From NCBI GenBank assembly GCA_016699105.1, contig CP064960.1, positions 683,696 to 747,695 of the forward strand: a stretch of DNA of 64,000 nt. The letters run 5' to 3'. The notes beneath the pieces were generated by a model. That model was not told the origin of the DNA and did not search any database. It saw only the letters and a list, made by a program, of their open reading frames with translations. Origin of the DNA: a bacterium. Lineage in GTDB: Bacteria; Patescibacteriota; Saccharimonadia; UBA4664. Below, one piece after another: positions 56,983 to 64,000 of the stretch. The translations under genes were made by a program, and so were the position numbers. The stretch's first letter is position 1. Each line of letters begins with the position of its first letter.

Positions 56983-58218
56983 TGTCACATCGTCAAAGCT
57001 TATTAGGTCGCTGGTGGATAGTGTTTTGGTTTGAGCTGTGGCGAAGCATTAGTAAACCGAGTTTTTGGGTTCGGACATTAGCCGTACCGGTGATGATTGC
57101 AGCTATTTTAGCGTTGTCGGTGTTTTCGGCCAAGGTCGGTACCGATGCTGATGAAGCGCTCAAAGCCAGTAAATTTGATTTCAGTGTGATTGACGCTTCG
57201 GGGGTACTTATCGCCGGCAGTTGTGACGGCCAGCGGTGGAACAATTGCCAGCGATGTGCAGTCTGAGCGCGATAAAGTTATCGCAGGTCAATTGCCGGCA
57301 ACTATTTATTATCCCAAGGATCCCTTTACCCAAAAACGGTGGTGGTAGCGGCTGAGGCCGGACTCATGGACAACAATAAATACACCGGTTTAGCCCAGCA
57401 ACTGATGGAAGCTAGTCTATCGATGAGACTGGGCTCGTCTGATGCCTTACAGCTCTTGCAAGGCGGCATCAATATTGACATGTCGACCTATCAAGAGGGT
57501 CAAAAACAAAGGGTTTTGGACGAGTGGTGGCGCCGGGTCTGTTTCTGGTACTGATGTATGTGGTGATCGTACTCTTGGGTAATCAAATGCTAACGAGCAC
57601 CACCGAAGAAAAAGAAAATCGAGTGGTTGAGCTATTACTGACGAGCGTTCCAGCAAAAACTCTTATGAGCGCCAAGATTTGGGCACTTGTCAGCATGGGA
57701 CTGATTCAGATAGCGGCTATATTGCTGCCAATGATTGTAGCGTATGTCGGGTGGCGGGATCTTTTGAAATTACCGGACTTTGATGTATCGAGCATTAGTC
57801 TGGCCCCGGGGCCAATTGTGGTTGGGGCGGTTCTCTTAGCTGGTGGTTTTCTGATGTTTACGGGACTTCTCGTAACAATAGGGGCGGCGGTTCCCACTGC
57901 CAAGGAAGCCAGTGGCTATTTTGGGGCGCGATTATCGCTATGTTTTTGCCGTTTTATGCACTAACCGCGATTGTATCGTCGCCTGGCCAACCATTAGTGC
58001 AGGTTTTGACGTACTTTCCGCTCACGGCCCCTATTACCTTGATGCTACGTAACGCGGTTGGCAATGCTAACTGGCCAACGTTGATTATTGGCATTGTTAT
58101 CGTCTGGCTCAGTGCGCTGATCCTGATGCGACTGGCTATCCGGACATTCCAATACGGATCATTGGAATACGCTCGCAAACTGCGAATCGGTGAACTTATT
58201 CGTAGCGTAAGGAATTGA
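56979..58218 (+). CDS. ABC-2 family transporter permease, in four frame-shifted pieces
   Basis: Consecutive overlapping hydrophobic ORFs (56979..57266, 57339..57554, 57524..57964, 57940..58218) downstream of, and coupled to, the ATPase. Six TM helices overall. Confidence 0.55.
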
Positions 58219-59494
58219 TCGGATCTTGACGGGACGCTCTGATCGCCGGTAGTGTACCGGCGGCAAAGGCTAGCCCCATGACGATAGCAACAATGGGTGC
58301 CACCGACTGTAAGGTAAAACTCAATGGCTGGAGACCTGAGAGGTCTTTGAGTAAGCCGTTCATAAGTATCTGATTGATGCCAAAGCCGGTAGCGACGGCG
58401 AACATAACACCGAGAAAGCTACCCCAAAAGCCCAAAATGACCGCTTCAAACGAAAACAACAGGAAAATTTTGCCGGAATTCATACCCATGGCTTTCATGA
58501 GCCCAATTTCTTTGGTGCGCTCCTGGACACTCATCAACAGTGTATTAATAATGCCAAAACCAGCGGCCAGTAACGCGATGATAGCAAAGCCGTTTAAGAC
58601 CGCAATAATGCCATTGATGACCGTCTTGATGACGCCGATCTGATCCTGGACTGTCATGCCGTCAAACCCTAATTTTTTGAGGTCGGCTTTGACTTGTGTG
58701 AGTTTACTGGCTGGTAATTCTGACTTCAGACGGGCAGTAGCTACCTGGAAATATTTGCTGACGCTGTCGGGTGCACCCTGGTTCTGGAGTGTCACGAGTT
58801 TGTTCATGGCTGCTTGATTAACATAGATAAAGCCGGACGTGAGAATGCTTTTTTGGGATACGCCGACGTTGGCAATAGCGAGGGTAACCGCATCACCCCG
58901 GCCATTGGTTAAACCGATAGTGATTTGCTGATTAACGCTGGCGCCAGCATCGGTAAAGCCTAAGGCTTTGGCGTAATTGCTGGGAATCATCATTTGGGGG
59001 ACATCTGAGTCGTTGGTCGGCATTTGGCCGACTTCGGTAGCGTGTTTCTCGCCGTCCAACAATAGATTTAAATTGCCAACCAATTTTTGATTGTTGGGAC
59101 CAGAAACGTAGTCCATAGCTGCTTGGCGATAGGCGGTGACTGACTCAATGCCATCGATTTTACGGAATTTTTCAAGATCAGCTTCGGTCATGAGGGCAAT
59201 TGTGCGATTACCCTCAGACTCAATGTTTTGAGTCTTTTTGGTGGCATCATACGTTTTGGGTGGATCATTGGGCGAGCTAAAGCCATTATCGGTGGTGGGC
59301 ATGATGAGCAAGACATCTTCGGCTCCTAAACTGCCAAGTTGGTCGTCAATGTAGTGCGAAATACCCTTGCCCAGTCCGGTGGTAAGCGTAAGGGTGAAAG
59401 CACCAATGAATATAGCCAGAATCGTCAAGATGGTGCGCAATTTTGACCGGAAGGTATTCGTACTGGCAGTGCTGATGATGTCAAATAATTTCAT
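58196..59494 (-). CDS. MacB/FtsX-type ABC transporter permease (intact)
   Basis: 432 aa. N-terminal TM, large periplasmic domain, C-terminal three-TM FtsX bundle (LMSVQERTKEIGLMKAMGM...). Confidence 0.8.
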   Translation of the reverse strand: MKLFDIISTASTNTFRSKLRTILTILAIFIGAFTLTLTTGLGKGISHYIDDQLGSLGAEDVLLIMPTTDNGFSSPNDPPKTYDATKKTQNIESEGNRTIALMTEADLEKFRKIDGIESVTAYRQAAMDYVSGPNNQKLVGNLNLLLDGEKHATEVGQMPTNDSDVPQMMIPSNYAKALGFTDAGASVNQQITIGLTNGRGDAVTLAIANVGVSQKSILTSGFIYVNQAAMNKLVTLQNQGAPDSVSKYFQVATARLKSELPASKLTQVKADLKKLGFDGMTVQDQIGVIKTVINGIIAVLNGFAIIALLAAGFGIINTLLMSVQERTKEIGLMKAMGMNSGKIFLLFSFEAVILGFWGSFLGVMFAVATGFGINQILMNGLLKDLSGLQPLSFTLQSVAPIVAIVMGLAFAAGTLPAIRASRQDPINSLRYE

Positions 59495-60207
59495 ATTGTT
59501 ACTCTCCGGACAGGAGTGGCGATCTGCCCATCTTTGATAAACACTTGGCGATTACAACGTCTGGCTAAATCGGCATCATGAGTCACGATTACCAGGGTGA
59601 TGCCGCGTTCAGAATTGAGGCGAAAAAGTAGATTCTCGACCAGTTGTCCGGTGGCTGAATCTAGGTTGCCAGTCGGTTCGTCAGCAAAAATAATTTTGGG
59701 GTCGTTGACCAGAGCCCGAGCAATGACCACCCGTTGTTTTTGACCGCCAGACAAGTCGCCCGCGTTGGCTTTGGCCTTATCGGCGAGGTCGACTTGCTCG
59801 AGGACTTCGAGTGCTCGTTGTTTACGCTGACGCCGGCCCATACCGGCAATTTTGAGCGGTAACATGACATTGTCTAAGACTGAGCTTGATGCATTGAGAA
59901 AAAATTGCTGGAAAACAAAACCAAATGTTTGATTGCGCAGCCGGGCTAAATCACGGCTCGACATGTCGGAAGCCAGCTTGCCATTGACCGAAAGCACACC
60001 GGCAGTCGGGCTATCGAGTAATGCCAAAATATGCATAAGGGTACTTTTACCGGAACCACTTTTGCCGACGATTGCGATAGTTTCGCCTTCATGTACTCCC
60101 AAAGATACCTCTGAAAGGGCAGTAAAGGCGTTGGTGCCGCGACCATACGTCTTGGAGATGTGATCAGCCTGAATGAGGGTACGAGAAGCTTGGTGCATAG
60201 TGATCAC
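59491..60207 (-). CDS. ABC transporter ATP-binding protein (MacB/LolD-like)
   Basis: GKSGSGKST, LSGGQKQRVVIARAL, IIFADEPTGNLD, VTHD. Confidence 0.85.
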   Translation of the reverse strand: MITMHQASRTLIQADHISKTYGRGTNAFTALSEVSLGVHEGETIAIVGKSGSGKSTLMHILALLDSPTAGVLSVNGKLASDMSSRDLARLRNQTFGFVFQQFFLNASSSVLDNVMLPLKIAGMGRRQRKQRALEVLEQVDLADKAKANAGDLSGGQKQRVVIARALVNDPKIIFADEPTGNLDSATGQLVENLLFRLNSERGITLVIVTHDADLARRCNRQVFIKDGQIATPVRRVTI

Positions 60208-60234
60208 TAGTATACCGCTTGCGCAAACGTTTAA

Positions 60235-60474
60235 CTAGGCGTGGCGGTTTGGTAACGGAAGGTCGTCCATTTCAGCAAAATTGAGGCTCTCGTAGTATTC
60301 AGGTTGACGACGACCCAAATGGTGTCGTTCCACCAATTCGTCGGCAATTTCCGGATCAAATCCCAACCGGATAATAGCCTGAGATTTACCGACATCATCG
60401 AGTTGATTGGCGCCGAGAATTTCACTCAGACGCTGTTCTTGGAATCGTTGGTCACGATTATTCATGATGCACAC
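60235..60474 (-). CDS. Small acidic hypothetical protein (~76 aa)
   Basis: No motif. Sits divergent from the helicase gene. Confidence 0.35.
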   Translation of the reverse strand: MCIMNNRDQRFQEQRLSEILGANQLDDVGKSQAIIRLGFDPEIADELVERHHLGRRQPEYYESLNFAEMDDLPLPNRHA

Positions 60475-60542
60475 ACCTCGTATTACTTGTAAGCCATGAT
60501 AGTGCTTATAACCGGCAGTATCACTGGTAGAAGTTACAAGTT

Positions 60543-61736
60543 TTGCGGCATAATAGGAGGGTTATGCGAGTAGAACTGTCAGTCGAGCAAGCCGCCGCTA
60601 TCCAGCAAATTGGAACCTGGTATCGAGGAAACACGTCACCATTTTTGACTTTGGGCGGTTATGCCGGTACCGGCAAGACTACGCTTATAGGATATTTGCG
60701 CCAAGCATTAGGCGATTTAGACGAGTCAGCCAAAGTTGGTTTTTGTGCATACACCGGCAAAGCGGCTCGGGTTTTGGCTGCCAAATTACGTGATACCAGC
60801 GCGGTTCGGCGCGGCGATAGTGTTGGCACTCTGCATAGTCTGATTTACGATGCCGAAGACGCTGGTGGTGGTACGGTGCGCTGGGTGCGCAAAGACAAGC
60901 TCGATCGCAATCTCATCATTGTCGATGAAGCATCAATGGTCGACGAGTCAATCTGGAATGATTTATTGGCATTTGGTATACCTGTGCTGGCGGTGGGCGA
61001 TCACGGCCAATTGCCGCCGGTGGGTTCGAGTTTCAATTTGATGGCCGCTCCGCACGTGAAGCTGGAAAAATTTGGCGGCAAGCAGCGCAATCACCAATTA
61101 TCGAAGTAGCGACATTGGCTCGTCAATCCGGCATTATTCCAGTGAAAGAATACGGTCCGGGCGTTCGTAAACTCGATCGGCGTGAGCCCGAATCGGGTCA
61201 AATCGTCGAAGAATTACTGGCTGGAGATATTAGTAACTTGTTGGTTTTGTGTGGTTACACCAACACGCGTTAAGCTCAATCAAGCCATGCGCAATATGCG
61301 CGATCATACCTCGAGCGGTCCCGAGAGTGGCGACATAGTTGTGTGCTTACGCAATAACCGTATCAAGCATTTATACAATGGCATGCTCGGGACCGTTTCG
61401 CGCATGATTCCGTCAACTGACGATTCGCTGGGTCAATGGTATGAAGCTCAGATAGACTTGGCGGGTGAAGATTACGAGTACGATGGCTATGCTCTCAGGA
61501 GCCAATTTGGGGCCGCCGAAACGGTGCGCGATGTGCCGCTGGCTCCTGACAACAGCCGGGGTGATCTCTGGGATTTTGGCTATGCCCTGACGGTGCATAA
61601 AGCCCAAGGTTCGCAAGCGCCGCGCGTCATCGTGTTCGAAGAGCGTTTTCCACGGTCCAGTGACGAAGATTGGCGACGATGGCTCTATACTGCAGTTACT
61701 CGGGCGGAGTCCGAATTGACGATAATTGGTAATTAA
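60543..61736 (+). CDS. RecD-like SF1B DNA helicase (AAA_30 plus UvrD_C_2 type), in three frames
   Basis: Walker A GYAGTGKTT and Walker B IIVDEASMV in ORF 60543..61109. Motif LEKIWRQAAQSPIIEVATLARQSG appears only after a 1-nt shift. C-terminal YALTVHKAQGSQAPRVIVF in ORF 61182..61736. Confidence 0.7.
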
Positions 61737-62158
61737 TGCTTTTTCAAAAGTTCTAGAATGCTTATGCGAATCCAAAATAAGCCGAGGATCCACAGGGCAC
61801 ATAGAAACGCCAATGGTTGAAACGTCCAGGACCCAACAGCGGTAGCGAGTGTCAGTACGATCAAAAGGGCGGTCCAATCCAGTCTCAATCCTTCACGATG
61901 TCGAATAGTTTCTTCGGACGCGCGTGCAAATTCGGCGCCAGTGGCGACCATGGTCCAACCACCAATCAGCGCTACAATTACCGTCAATACGACTTTGAGT
62001 GGGCTGACCTCAAGATAGGCATTGGTAGCTAAAAACAAGAATGCACCACCAAGACTAGCAAACATCATGAGACTACCGAAGATAATGGCTAAGCTGCCAA
62101 ACAAATGAATGTCGCGTAAATATGATTGCGCTGATGCCATAACCCTAGCATAACGCAA
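61733..62158 (-). CDS. Small integral membrane protein (4 TM), hypothetical
   Basis: 141 aa, hydrophobic helices only. Confidence 0.45.
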   Translation of the reverse strand: MRYARVMASAQSYLRDIHLFGSLAIIFGSLMMFASLGGAFLFLATNAYLEVSPLKVVLTVIVALIGGWTMVATGAEFARASEETIRHREGLRLDWTALLIVLTLATAVGSWTFQPLAFLCALWILGLFWIRISILELLKKH

Positions 62159-62213
62159 AATCTGTACTATGATAGCTTATGGATAAATACTTAGCCATCA
62201 ATGAAGGAGCTCC

Positions 62214-62603
62214 ATGGACGAACAAGAAGACCAAACGACGCTGCAAGCTGTTCACCGCTTAATGATCGAGATGGTGGAAACGCGCCAAAAGATGAAAACG
62301 GTCAAAGACCAGCTCAAAGACGTGATGGAACAAAATGATGAATACCGGGCAATTGCCGAAGAGCTCAAAGGCTTATCCGAGAAACGGGCTCGAGCCAAAA
62401 AATTATTGGAATCTGATAAGGATTTCCAGCTGGTAAACTCGGAGTTGGAAGAGCTGAAATTCAAATTCAAAGACCTCCAAGAGATTATGAGTCATCATCT
62501 GGTGACGTATTTCAGTGAGACGCAAGCTACCGAAATAGAGACTCCTGATGGTGACAGCATGCAAGTAGTTGTCAGCGCTAAACTCGGTAAATCAACGGCT
62601 TAG
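62214..62603 (+). CDS. Coiled-coil hypothetical protein (129 aa)
   Basis: Lys/Glu-rich heptad-like sequence (KDQLKDVMEQNDEYRAIAEELKGLSEKRARAKKLLE). No TM. Confidence 0.45.
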   Translation: MDEQEDQTTLQAVHRLMIEMVETRQKMKTVKDQLKDVMEQNDEYRAIAEELKGLSEKRARAKKLLESDKDFQLVNSELEELKFKFKDLQEIMSHHLVTYFSETQATEIETPDGDSMQVVVSAKLGKSTA

Positions 62604-62607
62604 CGGC

Positions 62608-63259
62608 TTAGCGGGCAATCGTCTGCTTGACGATCTGGGTGTCATCAACGCGGCACGCCTGCCACAACCCTAGTTTGTCCTGCTTGGCAGTGGCTTCAAG
62701 TTGGCGAAAATCATCAATTTTGGTGTAATCAAAACCGGTATAGGCAAAGCCGTAACCGTCGGCTATGAGTTTGGCGTTGACTAGGGTACCGTCTGCTAAA
62801 TATACATAACGCAGTAAGCGGCCGTATTTGTCCCGGTTGGAGTCGCGAGCGTCTGCTTCGAGGCGGACTTTTTGTCCACTCAGCAATTTGGTTGTAAAGT
62901 CGGCAGCGGTCTGTCCGAAGCATTGCACAGGACGGCGGGGATCATGTGTTTCGGGAGTATCGACAGCCGATAAACCTGACTGTCTCTTGCTGACCGGCCA
63001 TAGCGACGGCAATGGTGTCGCCATCAAACACCTGAACGACTGTCACGAGACCTGGCTGGAGCTGCTGTAATCTGTCGCCCAAGGTATCGCCAGATTCGGG
63101 GCTATCGAGGGTATCGACTGTTGGTGACGGATTGGTGGCCGCGGGAGTAACCCGGCTCGCCAGATAATAGGTTGTGAGTAAAATAGCTGCCACCAGGGCG
63201 ACGAGGGCAATGATTCGTCGATGGGTATGAGTGGTCGTGTTTGGGTATTTGTGCGGCAT
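62608..63259 (-). CDS. Thermonuclease (staphylococcal-nuclease-like), membrane-anchored, frameshifted near 62980
   Basis: ORF 62942..63259 has the TM anchor IIALVALVAAILLTTYY and VVQVFDGDTI. ORF 62608..63027 has VDTPE, DKYGRLLRYVYLADGTLVNAKLIADGYG and LGLW. These are the SNase catalytic motifs. Confidence 0.7.
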
Positions 63260-63287
63260 TTCCCTATCTTGCCACGAAGTGGTGAGG

Positions 63288-63315
63288 CTGACAATGTGTG
63301 AAGCGATATTGTCAG
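63288..63315. promoter_or_regulatory. Perfect inverted repeat CTGACAAT-N12-ATTGTCAG in the divergent thermonuclease / mscL intergenic region
   Basis: 8-bp arms separated by 12 nt. The right arm overlaps a TTGTCA -35-like hexamer 60 nt upstream of mscL. Confidence 0.35.
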
Positions 63316-63374
63316 TTCGACCTGATCTGGCGTAAGATATATATTAAGTAACTATAAAGGGACAAATAAAAGTA

Positions 63375-63755
63375 ATGATGAAGGATTTCAAAGCGTTCTT
63401 ACTACGGGGCAACGTCGTAGATCTAGCAGTTGGTGTCGTCATTGGTACTGCTTTTGGAGCGATCGTAAGCTCCATCGTGGCAGACTTGATTATGCCGTTA
63501 ATCGCAGTCGTGGGCGGATTACCTGATTTCAGTGGTCTGTCTTGGAAGGTCAATGATGTCACTATTTCGTATGGCAATTTCTTAACAGCACTGGTGTCGT
63601 TCGTCATTGTGGCGGCTGTGATCTTCTTCTTCGTGGTACGACCCATGAACACTCTATTGTCTCGTATGCAAAGTGGTAAAGAGGAAGAACCTGAGCCCAA
63701 AGACCCACAAATCGAAGTATTGGAAGAGATTCGTGATCTCTTGAAGAAGCGCTAA
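63375..63755 (+). CDS. mscL: Large-conductance mechanosensitive channel MscL
   Basis: 126 aa. FKAFLLRGNVVDLAVGVVIGTAFGAIVSSIVADLIMP is the canonical MscL TM1. Confidence 0.85.
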   Translation: MMKDFKAFLLRGNVVDLAVGVVIGTAFGAIVSSIVADLIMPLIAVVGGLPDFSGLSWKVNDVTISYGNFLTALVSFVIVAAVIFFFVVRPMNTLLSRMQSGKEEEPEPKDPQIEVLEEIRDLLKKR

Positions 63756-63760
63756 ACTTT

Positions 63761-64000
63761 TTGGAAGCGTATCGACGTGAAATCGTTGAGATGGCGAGGG
63801 CGGTCTATGAGGCCGCCCCGCGTCATCATGTCTTAAAAGCGGCTGAGTTTATGTTTGCCGGCGACAGTAGCCGGACTGTGGCCGAAGAAGCTACCCTTGA
63901 TACTCCAAACGGCAAAATCAGAATCGCGTATTCGCAGCCCGCTGAACGACCACCATTTGAATGGCACTGGGAAATAACGTCTGATATGGGTGAGGCCGAC
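63761..64000 (+). CDS. Partial ORF of unknown function, running off the right edge
   Basis: Open frame (TTG 63761 or ATG 63791, MARAVYEAAPRHHVLKAAEF...) with no stop before the window end. No family recognised. Confidence 0.25.
   Translation, partial: MEAYRREIVEMARAVYEAAPRHHVLKAAEFMFAGDSSRTVAEEATLDTPNGKIRIAYSQPAERPPFEWHWEITSDMGEAD

Overview
This 64-kb window reads as a monoderm (Gram-positive-type) bacterial chromosome segment at roughly 50% GC; a Candidate Phyla Radiation (CPR) / Saccharibacteria-like origin is possible, but that is inference only. Three lines of evidence support the envelope type: sortases with an LPQTG substrate, LysM/Rpf-like and RlpA-like peptidoglycan lytic enzymes, and MreB. 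Surface proteins also carry Pro/Ala/Thr-rich linkers.

Gene content, left to right:
- 0-5 kb: a co-directional block of corA, a sensor histidine kinase, a receiver-only response regulator, scpA, scpB and the start of rluB, then tRNA-Glu(CUC).
- 11.5-21 kb: a large envelope-glycan locus. It holds a Wzx-flippase::UbiA-prenyltransferase fusion, a 771-aa polytopic membrane protein, a CE4 deacetylase, three GT4 glycosyltransferases and a dolichol-phosphate-mannose-synthase-like GT2, next to a membrane-anchored GH5 glycanase and an OafA-like acyltransferase.
- 21-27 kb: a second histidine kinase / receiver pair plus cell-wall remodelling proteins (FKBP PPIase, RlpA-like, DUF3048).
- 27-34.7 kb: gltX, purD, a TagA-like GT26, an O-antigen-ligase-like protein and mreB.
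- 34.8-39.8 kb: a sortase locus with a PKD/LPQTG substrate, two inverted sortase paralogs and a PEGA/beta-propeller protein.
- 39.9-43 kb: a tRNA-Leu(CAA)-adjacent region of atypical base composition (by eye). It carries a SAM-methyltransferase, a RelE/ParE toxin with a ribbon-helix-helix (RHH) antitoxin, and a GC-rich phosphoesterase-like gene.
- 43-64 kb: ppsA, phosphoesterases, a DnaQ-exonuclease::GIY-YIG fusion, an MFS::spermidine-synthase fusion, three ABC export systems, a RecD-like SF1B helicase, a thermonuclease and mscL.

No CRISPR array, rRNA, integrase or transposase was found.

Major caveat: at least 19 genes are broken by +/-1 frameshifts, essential ones included (gltX in three pieces, ppsA). 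Four of these were traced to homopolymer runs by reading the sequence. They are best explained as uncorrected indel errors in the assembly, not as pseudogenes.

All calls rest on motif recognition by eye. No database search or computation was run.
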